Shown: positions 19,949 through 32,172, counted from the stretch's first letter. The stretch: DNA of 64,000 bases from Bacteroidota bacterium (GCA_947461105.1 CANHIG010000001.1:1974-65973), one strand, 5' to 3'. The notes: generated by a model from the sequence alone, not told the origin. A program made the numbers and translations.

Positions 19949-20709
19949 GATTGCTGATTTTTGGATGCATAAAGTTGTTGCAAGATTTGATATCTGAGTC
20001 TTGTACTATGTGCCGACATTTTTGCAATTGTCATACCTTCTCTGCCATCAAGCCAACCAAATTTTACGACATAGCCAACCAGAAATTTAATAGCAGGTTT
20101 CAGATAAAGGCTATAAAGCGAACTATGTTTTGAATGCTGAAAATCGCTTTGCGCAGCAAGTGCAGCATAGGATTCGGACTTGACACGAAAGGCCTCCTCA
20201 CTTTCAAAACTATAATGATAACAGAGTCCTTTAATTTTCTCGATTTTTATAGATTTATCAAAAATCAATTTTTCGTGAACAAGCCCTTCCCACTTTGCGA
20301 TTCGCCTGTCGTATATCCTTGTTTTCCAATCCGGGAACCACCCGCTGTGCTTAATAAATTTACCGCAAAAATTAGTCATTCGATTAAAGCGATACACTGC
20401 ATTTTCATTGAGGTCTTTCAGCGCATTTATTTCGTGATTCAACTCTTTGGAAAGTACTTCGTCAGCATCTATCGCCAATATAAAATCATTGGCTGCTAAA
20501 GAAGCAGCATAATTTCTGGCATCAGAAAAATCAGTCCACTCGCGTTTCTGAAAATTCACATTGTAGTTCAGACAAATTTGTTGCGTATTGTCTGTTGAGC
20601 GCGCATCCAGCACCACAATATCATCAGCTATATCATAGAGTGACTTTAAACAACGATCTATATTTCGCGCTTCATTTTTTGTGATCATAACAACAGACAA
20701 CTTTCTCAT
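19945..20709 (-). CDS. Glycosyltransferase family 2 (LPS-core type)
   Basis: The N-terminus LSVVMITKNEARNIDRCLKSL and a DxD motif (AIDADEV) are present. It overlaps both neighbouring genes by 4 nt. Confidence 0.85.
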   Translation of the reverse strand: MRKLSVVMITKNEARNIDRCLKSLYDIADDIVVLDARSTDNTQQICLNYNVNFQKREWTDFSDARNYAASLAANDFILAIDADEVLSKELNHEINALKDLNENAVYRFNRMTNFCGKFIKHSGWFPDWKTRIYDRRIAKWEGLVHEKLIFDKSIKIEKIKGLCYHYSFESEEAFRVKSESYAALAAQSDFQHSKHSSLYSLYLKPAIKFLVGYVVKFGWLDGREGMTIAKMSAHSTRLRYQILQQLYASKNQQS

Positions 20710-21983
20710 ACTTCAGCACTCATACGTTTTAAAAATAGCATGGAGAAAAGCATAAATAATGTGCCTCCAACCTGTTCCTCCAAGGTATATTCTACCATAA
20801 ACGACACAGCCATTACCAGATGAAATATCAATCCTATATAAGTTGTACGGCTTTTGAAAAGCCAAAGCGGCAGCAGCCATGCCATCAAGAAAAAAATCAT
20901 TCCAATAATACCTGTACTGCTTAATGTCCAGAGAAATTCATTATGCGGCATTTTTCTACTCTCCTCCGAAACAACTGTTGGAAAAAGTTGACGAGACATC
21001 TCTTTAGATTCTTTTAGAATATCACCAGTTCCCACGCCAAACCAAATATTTTTTTTAAATAGCTCAACGCCTGTTTTGAGCGAAGCCAGGCGCATAGCAT
21101 CTGAGTTGCCATCTATCTTGCCTATTTGCCACTGGCTATAGTCGTAGCGCATGTAGGATATTCTGTTTTGCAAAGAAGGTGCGAAAGTAAAGCTCAGCCA
21201 ACCAATAATAATGGCCGATAACGTCATGCCTAAAATCAATTTCCACTGGCGTGTTTTGAAAGAAAAATAAACGACCGTGAATGCTAAGCCAACATACAAG
21301 GAAAGCAATCCGCTACGAACGCTCAGAATATGGATTGCGATAAAAAGATATGCCCACACAAAGAGCAACCACTTTTTATAAGAGTTGATATAAAGCCAAA
21401 TTGTCGCAAAAAATGCAAAGACTAAAAGCAGGCTATATCTGATATGTGAAAACGGCACAGGCATCCTGCCTCCACTAAAAAAAGATTCATTGATTTGCTG
21501 AAAATGCTGTATGTAACGAAACAAGAAAACCCCTGAACTGATTACCATGAGCAAAACGTATACTTTCAAAATTTTGGCGATTACTTTTTCGGATATCGGG
21601 GGCAACAACCAAAAGGCTATTGGCAAAACCAGAAATGGTAGTTTGAGTAAAAGCCAGGAGAGCCACTGCCCGGTGTTTTCAGAATAAAAAAAGGAATAAA
21701 GAAATGGCAGGAAAAAAAATACAGGAATCAGCAGAACATAGCTTGAGTATGGAATCTTCGCATTTGCCGAAAAAAAATTAAAAATTCCCAATACCAATAA
21801 ACATGCTACGCCAATGGAAATAAGAGCCCGAGACCCTATAAAACCTATAAAAATCATAGCAATAAAAAGCAACAGCCCCCGTTCAAAAAACTGTTCTCTA
21901 TTTTTGTTTAAAAAAAAATCTGCGCGCGTCAAAATGCTTCTGTTATTTTTATGCAATCTAAAAAATCCTTTTGTTGGAGACAC
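20706..21983 (-). CDS. O-antigen ligase (Wzy_C)-family polytopic membrane protein
   Basis: About 10-11 hydrophobic helices plus a periplasmic-loop region with PHNEFLWTLSSTGIIG, a Wzy_C-like motif. It is clustered with the GT2 and GT4 genes. Confidence 0.7.
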   Translation of the reverse strand: MSPTKGFFRLHKNNRSILTRADFFLNKNREQFFERGLLLFIAMIFIGFIGSRALISIGVACLLVLGIFNFFSANAKIPYSSYVLLIPVFFFLPFLYSFFYSENTGQWLSWLLLKLPFLVLPIAFWLLPPISEKVIAKILKVYVLLMVISSGVFLFRYIQHFQQINESFFSGGRMPVPFSHIRYSLLLVFAFFATIWLYINSYKKWLLFVWAYLFIAIHILSVRSGLLSLYVGLAFTVVYFSFKTRQWKLILGMTLSAIIIGWLSFTFAPSLQNRISYMRYDYSQWQIGKIDGNSDAMRLASLKTGVELFKKNIWFGVGTGDILKESKEMSRQLFPTVVSEESRKMPHNEFLWTLSSTGIIGMIFFLMAWLLPLWLFKSRTTYIGLIFHLVMAVSFMVEYTLEEQVGGTLFMLFSMLFLKRMSAEV

Positions 21984-22852
21984 AATCTACTTTTAAAGAT
22001 TTCAAATCGCTGGGAAGAGCCATCTCACTGGTAGAGAATGATGCCAACCAGGCTAATGAAATTCTGTCATCTATATCTCCATCATCTATTCCTACAATTG
22101 GCATCACCGGACCACCAGGGGCAGGCAAAAGCACTCTGTTAAACGCTATTCTGGCTGAATTATTGGATGCAGGCAAAAAAGTAGGATTAGTACTTGTAGA
22201 TCCTTCATCTCCTTTTCATTTTGGGGCACTGCTGGGAGACAGGCTGCGTATGTCGCACTACTTTACCCATCCAAATATCTTTATTCGTTCTGTGGCTACT
22301 CGCGGTTCTCTTGGTGGACTATCCGATAAAATTGTTGAAATACTGGAAGTGATGAAATCTTATCCGTTTGATTATATTTTTATCGAAACCGTGGGAGTGG
22401 GACAGAGCGAGGTAGAAATTGCAGGAATAGCCGATACCACAATAGTTGTGCTGGTGCCAGAGGCTGGAGATAGCATTCAGGCAATGAAAGCAGGACTGAT
22501 GGAAATTGCAGATATTTTTGTGGTAAATAAATCAGACAGACCTCAGGCTGAATTGTTTTATAACAATCTCTCGCTTCAGCTTCACCTCAACGGCCGAGAT
22601 GATATTCCAATTTTAAAAACGGTAGCTTCAGAATCTACAGGCATAAAAGAATTGGTTGTTGAACTCCAAAAGCAGCATAGCCGCGAAGAAAACAAGCAAC
22701 GCAAAATTCAACTGGCTACCGAAAAAGCATACCGCCTCATTCAAAAAAACAGAATGAAGGATTTTGACAAGGCACAACTAAAGTCTGATATAGAAAAAGA
22801 AATTGACGGAAACAACTTCTCTATTTTCAGATTTGTAAAGAAACACAACTGA
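21971..22852 (+). CDS. meaB: MeaB/ArgK-type G3E-family GTPase
   Basis: P-loop GITGPPGAGKSTL, the ETVGVGQSE segment and the NKxD motif (VVNKSD) are present. The TTG start from the track is uncertain. Confidence 0.8.
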   Translation: MLETQSTFKDFKSLGRAISLVENDANQANEILSSISPSSIPTIGITGPPGAGKSTLLNAILAELLDAGKKVGLVLVDPSSPFHFGALLGDRLRMSHYFTHPNIFIRSVATRGSLGGLSDKIVEILEVMKSYPFDYIFIETVGVGQSEVEIAGIADTTIVVLVPEAGDSIQAMKAGLMEIADIFVVNKSDRPQAELFYNNLSLQLHLNGRDDIPILKTVASESTGIKELVVELQKQHSREENKQRKIQLATEKAYRLIQKNRMKDFDKAQLKSDIEKEIDGNNFSIFRFVKKHN

Positions 22853-22864
22853 TACGTTTCAGCC

Positions 22865-24094
22865 TTATTCATTAAAGTTCAAAGGACTTTTGGCAGCAAC
22901 CCTTGAAGGAAGGAAAGAAGCCACTGCCGCAATGTTCATTACAGTAAAAAATGTGAGCAGCACATCAGAAAATAAAAGCTTGACCGGATAAGCATCTACT
23001 ACGAAAGTGCTGCTTGATGAGCCAAGCTTCACAAAGCCAAAATGAATTTGCAGCAAACAAACGATAATAGCCAGAATGATTCCAATGCCCGCACCAATCA
23101 ATGCAGCTAACACGCCCTGAAAAACAAAAATCCTTTGTACATCAGGAGCTGTAGCACCCATACTTTTCAATATAGAAATATCCTTTTGTTTGTCTAACAC
23201 CACCATATACAAAGAGCCAATGATATTGAAGGATACAATAATCATGATGAAAGTGAGAATAGCATATACCGCCCAACGCTCCATTTTCATGATTCGGTAT
23301 AGTGTTTCCTTCTGCTCATATTTTGTTTTTATTGTGAAAGAATCCCCCAGCAAGTTTTTCAGTTTCCTGCTCACCTCTTCTGCTTTTGCTCCTTGCTTCA
23401 ATTTCAGTTCATAGGCAGAGAGTAAAGTATTTTCACCCAAAAGGTTTCTGATAAAATCGAGCGATACAAAAACGTATTTGCTATCAAATTCCTGTTGAAT
23501 AGAAAATATACCTCCGGGAATAGCTGATGCACTATAGAAAGCATCTTCAGGTGCAAATGTAGTGACTTCATCGCTTCTGGGAATATTAATTGTCATAGCT
23601 TCAGTAACCCGGTCTACATTTAAGCTCAAAGCTGATGCGATATTAGCACCAAGCACAGCATACGGAAATTCATTAGTCTTCAACAGAAAACTTCCTGCTT
23701 TTATTGTTTTTTGCATTCCCGTAACACTCAAATAATTGCTATCAACACCTTTTACTACTGCCAAATAATCTCTATCTGCATATTGGATATAGGCATTTTC
23801 TTCCAATACAGCAGTGCTATTTACAATCTCCGGTAAAGATTTTATTTTTTGCTGTAAAGCATCTGAGTCGTAGAAAAACTTACCTTTAGCAGCAGTAATT
23901 TGTATTTCGGGGTAGAAAGAATTGTAGAGTGAAACAACCAAGTGCTCAAAACCATTAAAAACGCTGAGGACAACAACAAGTGCAAAAGCTCCGAAACACA
24001 TACCCAGCATAGAAATCCAGGTGACAATATTAATCGCGTTGGTGCTTTTCTTTGAGAAAAGATAGCGAAATGCAATTTTGACCTGGTATAGCAT
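22865..24094 (-). CDS. FtsX-like ABC transporter permease (LolC/E-like)
   Basis: 409 aa. The N-terminus IAFRYLFSKKSTNAINIVTWIS, a large periplasmic loop and the C-terminal three-helix FtsX module (ILKSMGAT...) are present. Confidence 0.8.
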   Translation of the reverse strand: MLYQVKIAFRYLFSKKSTNAINIVTWISMLGMCFGAFALVVVLSVFNGFEHLVVSLYNSFYPEIQITAAKGKFFYDSDALQQKIKSLPEIVNSTAVLEENAYIQYADRDYLAVVKGVDSNYLSVTGMQKTIKAGSFLLKTNEFPYAVLGANIASALSLNVDRVTEAMTINIPRSDEVTTFAPEDAFYSASAIPGGIFSIQQEFDSKYVFVSLDFIRNLLGENTLLSAYELKLKQGAKAEEVSRKLKNLLGDSFTIKTKYEQKETLYRIMKMERWAVYAILTFIMIIVSFNIIGSLYMVVLDKQKDISILKSMGATAPDVQRIFVFQGVLAALIGAGIGIILAIIVCLLQIHFGFVKLGSSSSTFVVDAYPVKLLFSDVLLTFFTVMNIAAVASFLPSRVAAKSPLNFNE

Positions 24095-24106
24095 TAGAGC
24101 AGTTGA

Positions 24107-24481
24107 TTAACTGTTTTCGCTTTTGATTTTATCGTCTTCTTCATGTATCTTTTTGAAAAGCTCCTCTATTTTGGCTGCCTGATCCAGTGTTTCATCCAGA
24201 AAAAATTCAATCTCAGGCATTTTCCTGAGATTGCGGATTTTAGGCACCATAGCTCTTTTCAAATTAGCCTTTGATTCCTCCAAAGACTGCATCACCACTT
24301 TTTTATTCTCAGCATTGTACACGCTGAAATAAAAGCGTGCAATAGACAAATCTGAGGACACCCAAACATTTGTAATAGATACCAATGCAACACCATATAT
24401 GTTGCGTCCCTCTCGAGATAGTATTTCAGTAAGTGCCTCATTCATCAATGAGCCGATTTTATTTTGTCTTCTATTGTCCAT
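24107..24481 (-). CDS. rbfA: Ribosome-binding factor A
   Basis: 124 aa. The N-terminal RRQNKIGSLMNEALTEIL and the segment ITNVWVSSDLSIARFYFSV match the typical RbfA layout. Confidence 0.85.
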   Translation of the reverse strand: MDNRRQNKIGSLMNEALTEILSREGRNIYGVALVSITNVWVSSDLSIARFYFSVYNAENKKVVMQSLEESKANLKRAMVPKIRNLRKMPEIEFFLDETLDQAAKIEELFKKIHEEDDKIKSENS

Positions 24482-24624
24482 TGCAGTTCTGTTAGGGGGT
24501 AAAAATGAATAATTAAGCTGAATAAATTTGGAAAGTGATGATTAATAAAGCTTTTTTAAAAATATACAAAACATTTTAGCGATTTTGCGTTAATCATTTT
24601 CGAAGCAAATTTATATTTACCGCT

Positions 24625-26445
24625 GTGCGAATTTTTTTAAGAATAGTTGCTTATGTGAAACAATATTCAGGCTACACCCTGCTGAATTTGCTGTTTAATA
24701 TTTTATCTGCTTTTTTCTCCCTGTTCTCTGTAGTGATGGTCATTCCCCTGCTGCAGCTGCTTTTCGGACAGGTGCCCGATGTTACAGAAAAACCACAAGC
24801 GGGTTATAGTGCTAGCTCCATACTCGAATGGATAAAATATTTGCTGAGCACGGTGAAAAAAGAGGAAGGCGCAGTGCATGCGTTGCTTGGAGTTTGCATC
24901 ACCGTAGTGGTTATTATTTTTCTTAAAAACACCTTTCGTTATTTAGCATTGCGCGCGCTGGCTCCTATAAGAAATGGCATACTCAGAGACATACGCAATC
25001 AGCTTTTTGATAAAATCACCTCGCTGTCATTATCCTACTTTGGCAGAACAAAAAAAGGCGATTTGATTTCAAGAATCACTAATGATGTGAAAGCAGTCGA
25101 AATGGGTGTAATCAGTATGCTCGAAGTGACAGTACGCGAGCCGATTAATATCATTCTTTCATTGCTTTGGATGCTCATGATTAGCCCAAAGCTTACACTA
25201 TTTGTATTTGTGATGCTGAGCATTACAGGCGGCATTATCGGCAAAATCGGCAAAAGCCTGAAAAGGCATTCTAAGGATACGCAAAGCACCATCGGTCAAA
25301 TGATAGTGCTGATTGAAGAAAGTATTTCGGGATTAAAAATCATTCAGGCTTTTAATGCCAGAACGTATAAGCAAAGGCAGTTTCACGAACTGAACAAAAC
25401 AATCTATTCGCAGGCAAATATGATTAACCTCCGATATGAACTCTCTTCACCCCTCACAGAATTTCTTTCGATATGTGTGTTCAGTTCTGTGCTTTGGTTT
25501 GGCGGCAATCTTGTTTTTAAAGACGAACTGGATGCGGCAACCTTCATAGGATTCATAGCCATGTTCTCCTTGCTTATTCAGCCCGCAAAAAGTTTCTCAA
25601 ATGCCTTTTACAATATACGCATTGGTCTTGCAGCAGCAGAAAGAGTTTTTGAAGTATTGGAAACTGAGTCTGATGTAAAAGATAGTGCTAATGCCACAAT
25701 TAAAGAAAATTTTACAGATTCTGTCACATTCAAAGAAGTGCAGTTTAGCTATGCAAATTCAGAGCGAAACGCGCTCAACAAAATTTCTTTCGATATTCAA
25801 AAAGGACAAATGGTTGCCATAGTTGGCGCATCGGGTTCAGGAAAAACTACGCTTGTGGATTTACTACTCAGATTTCACCAGGGATACTCAGGTGAAATTT
25901 TACTAGATGATACTGATATAAATAATTACAAAATCGACAGCACCCGAAGTCTTATGGCTGTGGTGTCTCAAGAGCCGGTACTTTTTAATGATTCTATTTG
26001 GAATAATATCGTTTTTGGTATAGAGAATTGCACAGAAGAAGCGGTAATCAATGCAGCAAAAGTGGCAAATGCTCATGATTTTATTATGCAATTAGAACAT
26101 GGCTACAATACAAATATTGGTGACAGAGGTATGAGACTGAGCGGTGGTGAAAGGCAAAGAATAACAATAGCTCGTGCCAAACTAAGAAACCCTCCTATTT
26201 TGATTTTAGATGAAGCTACCTCATCGCTGGATTCTGCATCCGAAAAATTAGTGCAGGATGCGCTGGCAAATGCTATGAAAGAAAGAACTGTAATTGCCAT
26301 AGCACACAGGCTTTCTACTATTCAACATGCAGATAAGATAATAGTAATGAGCGAAGGCAGAGTAGCCGAAACAGGCAATCATGAATCTTTGATTGCGCAA
26401 AATGGACTATACGCTAAAATGATTGCTTTGCAGCAGTTTGAATAG
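24625..26445 (+). CDS. ABC exporter, fused permease/ATPase (MsbA-like)
   Basis: A six-helix TMD is followed by an NBD with Walker A (GASGSGKTT), the ABC signature (LSGGERQR) and Walker B (ILILDEATS). The start codon is GTG. Confidence 0.85.
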   Translation: MRIFLRIVAYVKQYSGYTLLNLLFNILSAFFSLFSVVMVIPLLQLLFGQVPDVTEKPQAGYSASSILEWIKYLLSTVKKEEGAVHALLGVCITVVVIIFLKNTFRYLALRALAPIRNGILRDIRNQLFDKITSLSLSYFGRTKKGDLISRITNDVKAVEMGVISMLEVTVREPINIILSLLWMLMISPKLTLFVFVMLSITGGIIGKIGKSLKRHSKDTQSTIGQMIVLIEESISGLKIIQAFNARTYKQRQFHELNKTIYSQANMINLRYELSSPLTEFLSICVFSSVLWFGGNLVFKDELDAATFIGFIAMFSLLIQPAKSFSNAFYNIRIGLAAAERVFEVLETESDVKDSANATIKENFTDSVTFKEVQFSYANSERNALNKISFDIQKGQMVAIVGASGSGKTTLVDLLLRFHQGYSGEILLDDTDINNYKIDSTRSLMAVVSQEPVLFNDSIWNNIVFGIENCTEEAVINAAKVANAHDFIMQLEHGYNTNIGDRGMRLSGGERQRITIARAKLRNPPILILDEATSSLDSASEKLVQDALANAMKERTVIAIAHRLSTIQHADKIIVMSEGRVAETGNHESLIAQNGLYAKMIALQQFE

Positions 26446-26453
26446 TGATGGCA

Positions 26454-26482
26454 GACATATATGTCGGTTGGAAACAACCGAC
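26454..26482. terminator. Hairpin cluster between convergent genes (possible U-tract-less terminator)
   Basis: A 12-bp perfect palindrome, GACATATATGTC, spans 26454-26465. It overlaps an 8-bp stem, GTCGGTTG/CAACCGAC, with a GAAA loop at 26463-26482. No T-run follows on either strand. Confidence 0.3.
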
Positions 26483-26534
26483 AGCACTGAAGAAAATGTC
26501 AGGTTGGTAAGAGAACCAAACTTTTGTAAGTTGT

Positions 26535-28343
<1,809 letters not shown>

Positions 28344-28860
28344 GTTTAATTGATAATTTTTTAACGGAAAAAGCCTACGAATCTAACCAAAAACAATTGA
28401 TAATAAAGATATAGCATTACATAATTCCTTCAAAAACCAAAGTTTTTCCATCAAGTGAAATCAGGTATACAGTAAACCCTGTCTGATAGACTTTTATGCA
28501 TCATATATAATAACATCATGAATAAGGCCTATGCATTTTATCTCGTCAAATATGTTCAGGTACACCCCAAAGAAGTTGTTTAATATCGAAACTGAGGAAG
28601 TAAATATCTGCCTGTAAAAAGTCACAAGAAAATCACCCAAGTGTTAAGAGGATATAAAGAAAAAATCGTTCACCGATAACCATTGTACGTTCATTGCAAA
28701 TAGACGGATTAGAGTTGCATTTGATATGAATCCCGAGCTATATTTACACCCGGAACCACAAAGGAAATAGCGTTTTTAGTAGATGATGATATCGGCAGTG
28801 TCTTTGCAAAGCCCTTCCTTTTCTTTCAGAAACATTTTAAAAGTTCAAAATATATACGTT

Positions 28861-29328
28861 ATGAAAAAGTTTTTCATGGTTGTCACAAGTGTCGCAATAT
28901 CTATCTTTTCGACCTTTGCTCAGTCGAATGCGGAGCACGTAGCATCTGCCACTCAGGTGGTGATGAATGCCGTAATAAACAATCCGAATATTATTGTTAT
29001 TACAGGAAAGCTTATTGATGCTTCAACCAGCATGCCTGTGACTCAAGCAAAGCTGAATTTTGCAAAAACGGGCGAGCAATTGATTAATGCCGCAGTAGAT
29101 GAAAAAGGCAACTTTGCCATTGCTATCAACAAATTAGCTATGGGTAATGCAAACAATTTGCTAATAAAAATTGCGGGCTACGAAGATTTCAAAATAAAGA
29201 AAATAAACAAAACAGGCAATCAGAAACGTATGGATATTAGACTTAATCCTGATGAGGCAAATCGCACTTCAAATGCTAAATATCATCTTTCCGATGATCC
29301 GTACAATACGCTTGTTATTAAGTTTTAA
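28861..29328 (+). CDS. Small secreted protein with a CarboxypepD_reg-like beta-sandwich segment
   Basis: The start was moved to MKKFFMVVTSVAISIFSTFAQS, which is a signal peptide. The segment ITGKLIDASTSMPVTQAKLNF...DEKGNFAI resembles a carboxypeptidase-regulatory-like fold. A terminator follows the gene. Confidence 0.5.
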   Translation: MKKFFMVVTSVAISIFSTFAQSNAEHVASATQVVMNAVINNPNIIVITGKLIDASTSMPVTQAKLNFAKTGEQLINAAVDEKGNFAIAINKLAMGNANNLLIKIAGYEDFKIKKINKTGNQKRMDIRLNPDEANRTSNAKYHLSDDPYNTLVIKF

Positions 29329-29360
29329 AAGAAAATAAAGTAGTGTTTTTAGGGTTAAAT

Positions 29361-29390
29361 AAGGCTCCCTTGTGGGAGCCTTATTTTTTT
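29361..29390 (+). terminator. Rho-independent terminator
   Basis: A perfect 9-bp stem pairs AAGGCTCCC (29361-29369) with GGGAGCCTT (29374-29382) around the loop TTGT. The sequence ATTTTTTT follows. Confidence 0.65.
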
Positions 29391-29581
29391 CTGTACTTCT
29401 CGCTAAATGTGCGCTGAGATTTGATATTCCTGTATATCAAAAAACAAAAAAGGGCACAGATGTATGGGAAATATACTAAATAGTGAATGGAACGAAGTGT
29501 AATCAAATAGTAAGTCCCCATTACAACAGATACAACTACTGCCGAGAGCCAAGCTCTTTCAAGAATTTTTAGAATTTGCAT
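29381..29581 (-). CDS. Small two-helix membrane protein (hypothetical)
   Basis: 66-aa ORF lying 17 nt downstream of lptC, with two hydrophobic helices. Its 3' end overlaps the plus-strand terminator, so it may be spurious. Confidence 0.35.
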   Translation of the reverse strand: MQILKILERAWLSAVVVSVVMGTYYLITLRSIHYLVYFPYICALFCFLIYRNIKSQRTFSEKYRKK

Positions 29582-29598
29582 GATTTCAATTTTAAGTG

Positions 29599-30171
29599 TT
29601 AGGGAAGTTCTTCTGATTTCACTTTTATCTTTCCTGTAATATGCTTTATGGTGTAATCTGTAAAAGTTTCGTTTGATTCCATTCCATTTCCTAATACAAT
29701 CTCGTCATTAGTAGTGATTTTGACAAAAGAATTGGAATAAATCTGTTTGCGCGACTCGTCCCAAATCAATTCTTCTGTATCCATCTTTTCACCTCTAACA
29801 TTTGTTACCACTACATTGTTTCTGGCTGTCATCATTGATGAACCATCCTGAGCTGTAGCATACTTAGCAGTCATTACTGTTTCGATATTCCCGTCTTTTC
29901 CATAAAAATGAATCACTATCCCATCTATGAATTCCATATAGGGCTTCTCCGTATTAAACCTTAACACTGTCTTTGCAAAAGCCTTTATTTTGTTTTCACC
30001 GGATGAGGAATATAAAATTTCAACATGTTTCCCTCGCTCTATGCTCACATTGGCTTTACTGGTAATCTGCCTTGCAGCGTCCATATCATTTTTGCAGCTA
30101 CTAAGCAAAACAAGAGATATGCAATATAAAAATAAATGCAGCACAGCTTTATATGAGCCGCTGTGACGCAT
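29599..30171 (-). CDS. lptC: LPS export system periplasmic protein LptC-like
   Basis: The start was moved to MRHSG..., which has a lipobox-like LLSSC. It overlaps the upstream stop as TAATG. The OstA/LptC-like beta-jellyroll pattern is present (GIVIHFYGKDGNIETVMTAKYA...VVVTNVRGEKMDTEELIWDE). The coaX-OMP-lptC gene order supports the call. Confidence 0.65.
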   Translation of the reverse strand: MRHSGSYKAVLHLFLYCISLVLLSSCKNDMDAARQITSKANVSIERGKHVEILYSSSGENKIKAFAKTVLRFNTEKPYMEFIDGIVIHFYGKDGNIETVMTAKYATAQDGSSMMTARNNVVVTNVRGEKMDTEELIWDESRKQIYSNSFVKITTNDEIVLGNGMESNETFTDYTIKHITGKIKVKSEELP

Positions 30172-31469
30172 TAGTCGAATTTTCTTTTCTGAAACCAAAG
30201 ACTATTAAAGGCTACACCAAAAGTTAGGCGATAATACGTTTCACTTATCAGTGCTGAATTTTGCGGTACTCTGCTACCTATATCACCCATAAGGAATAGT
30301 TGTAAGTAATCGTTGGTAGACACCCTGTCGCGACCAAAAACAAAAGGCAGCACAATGCCAAAAGTACCTCCATATTCATTTACACCGGTATTGTCCACTC
30401 TTATTTCTGACTTTGCAGCATATCCGCCAATCTTGTATTGAATGCGTTTAATAAATTTCCCGGTATAGTCAGGTGTTATTCCAAATCCCACCGATGCCCT
30501 CCAGCTGTCATTCAACTTATTGGTGCTTGCCGGAGAGCTGAATGAGCTCCAGTTGGAATATTTAAAATCTGCGCCTATTATCCACCAAAACTCATTGCCA
30601 ATTGTAAATCCACCTCCGATGGTATATGGCAACTGAATTTTCCCTTTGGATTGGTTGAGCGAAAGTGGTGTATCAACAATTTTATTTACCCCGCTCGATA
30701 GCGTATAAAATCTTTCCCAAACTCCATTTACAGTAGAATTAACCTTCACCTGACTGTTGCCAAAAAGCCCTACAGTAATAAATACATCAGTTTTATTGTG
30801 ATTATCTTTAGTGCTTTTCAGAATTCGTTTTTTGTATTGAACCCCAAGATCGTATACAAATCCACTGACATTCATTTTTATGTTGCTTCTCGTATTTAAA
30901 GCGTTTAGTGTATCCGTAAAACTAAAGCCCTTGTTGTATTCTTCCTTGCCAAACAGATAACCCAAATTAAACCCGAATGAAAAACCGGCTACCTGATAGC
31001 CACTCCCTAAATATAATTTATAGATAGATCCCTTGCCTTTATAATCGCTGAAAGTATCCACATTCTGTTGCTGAAATTTGTAGTTTGTAGTAGCATAAGG
31101 CAATAAACCTATACTCATTCCCCAAACATTCCTTTTTAACGGGAAGCCAAGCGCAAAGTGATTGAGCGTGCCATAAGTTCCCAGATAAGTGGAGTCTTTA
31201 GTTTTGATTGATGAAATATCTACATTGGCTCCGATTTCAGAAGTAGTAAGAGAAAGCTCTGAGTATGAAGCTGGATTCCCGGGATTTAATCCAACGCTGC
31301 TTCTATAGCCACCTACAATCTCACCCATCGCCTTGTTTGATGAAAACACATTGGAGCGGAGATAACCCAAGCCAAATCTTGAATAAGGAGAAACGGTCTG
31401 AGCGGTGGCATCAATAAAAATCCAAAGGCATAAAATGGTAAAAAGAAAACGGCACAGTTTAATTGTCAT
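30171..31469 (-). CDS. Outer-membrane beta-barrel protein (putative porin)
   Basis: Has a signal peptide (FIDATAQ). Aromatic and Gly-rich strands alternate throughout, and the protein ends with a C-terminal aromatic-containing strand. Confidence 0.55.
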   Translation of the reverse strand: MTIKLCRFLFTILCLWIFIDATAQTVSPYSRFGLGYLRSNVFSSNKAMGEIVGGYRSSVGLNPGNPASYSELSLTTSEIGANVDISSIKTKDSTYLGTYGTLNHFALGFPLKRNVWGMSIGLLPYATTNYKFQQQNVDTFSDYKGKGSIYKLYLGSGYQVAGFSFGFNLGYLFGKEEYNKGFSFTDTLNALNTRSNIKMNVSGFVYDLGVQYKKRILKSTKDNHNKTDVFITVGLFGNSQVKVNSTVNGVWERFYTLSSGVNKIVDTPLSLNQSKGKIQLPYTIGGGFTIGNEFWWIIGADFKYSNWSSFSSPASTNKLNDSWRASVGFGITPDYTGKFIKRIQYKIGGYAAKSEIRVDNTGVNEYGGTFGIVLPFVFGRDRVSTNDYLQLFLMGDIGSRVPQNSALISETYYRLTFGVAFNSLWFQKRKFD

Positions 31470-32169
31470 TATGATTCAGTATGTGATTTAATCCCTCCAG
31501 CAAAAGTTCAGGGCGGGCAAAGATGTTATTTTTAAGCTGTGAAACCAAGAAAGCCGTATCGCCTCCGGTTAGTATAATGTTAAGATTAGCAAAACGTTCC
31601 TCAAAAGATTTTATTGTGCCTTTGATTTCGTGCAAAATACCGTGAGAAACGCCACTAATCATGGATGAATGAGTAGAGTCGCCAATAAATTCCGATTGCA
31701 ATTTGCCATCCCATTCTATCATTGGTAATCTGGATGTGAATTGATTCATGGCTTTAAACCTAAGTTTTGAACCCGGAGAAATAGCACCTCCCCAAAAACA
31801 ATTTTCGGCATCAACAAAATTATAAGTGATACAGGTGCCCATAACTATCACAAGGGTGTTCTGATTTGGGAAATGCAATGTGGCTCCTGCAATGGCAGCC
31901 AGGCGGTCATTCCCTAATGTTTCGGGGCTACTGTACTTGATGCTGAAAGGTAATTTTGATTTATAGGATAAGAGATGAAATGCAGTGCTGTTTTCCTCGC
32001 ACCATTTAATGGCATTTGAAGAAACAACAACTGTCGAGATTATTGTTTTCTGTACTTGATGCCATTGTATGTCATTAACCCCAATGCCAGAATGCAGAAG
32101 CTTATTACCTTCGAATATTGCGAATTTTAAAGCTGTATTCCCTTCATCAATACATAAGTTCATATTCAT
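31459..32169 (-). CDS. coaX: Type III pantothenate kinase
   Basis: The N-terminal LCIDEGNTALKFAIF (D-x-GNT), the LGNDRLAA motif and a C-terminal GGDA motif (LTGGDTAF) are present. Confidence 0.85.
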   Translation of the reverse strand: MNMNLCIDEGNTALKFAIFEGNKLLHSGIGVNDIQWHQVQKTIISTVVVSSNAIKWCEENSTAFHLLSYKSKLPFSIKYSSPETLGNDRLAAIAGATLHFPNQNTLVIVMGTCITYNFVDAENCFWGGAISPGSKLRFKAMNQFTSRLPMIEWDGKLQSEFIGDSTHSSMISGVSHGILHEIKGTIKSFEERFANLNIILTGGDTAFLVSQLKNNIFARPELLLEGLNHILNHNDN

Positions 32170-32172
32170 GCT

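Noticed and set aside
21958-21996. Divergent overlap of the O-antigen-ligase-like and MeaB start regions; MeaB also has no adjacent methylmalonyl-CoA mutase
   Set aside because: Both starts are uncertain (a TTG start for MeaB, and a long non-conserved N-terminus for the ligase), so the overlap is probably an annotation artefact. I believe orphan MeaB/ArgK genes occur in other genomes, and I cannot judge significance from one window.
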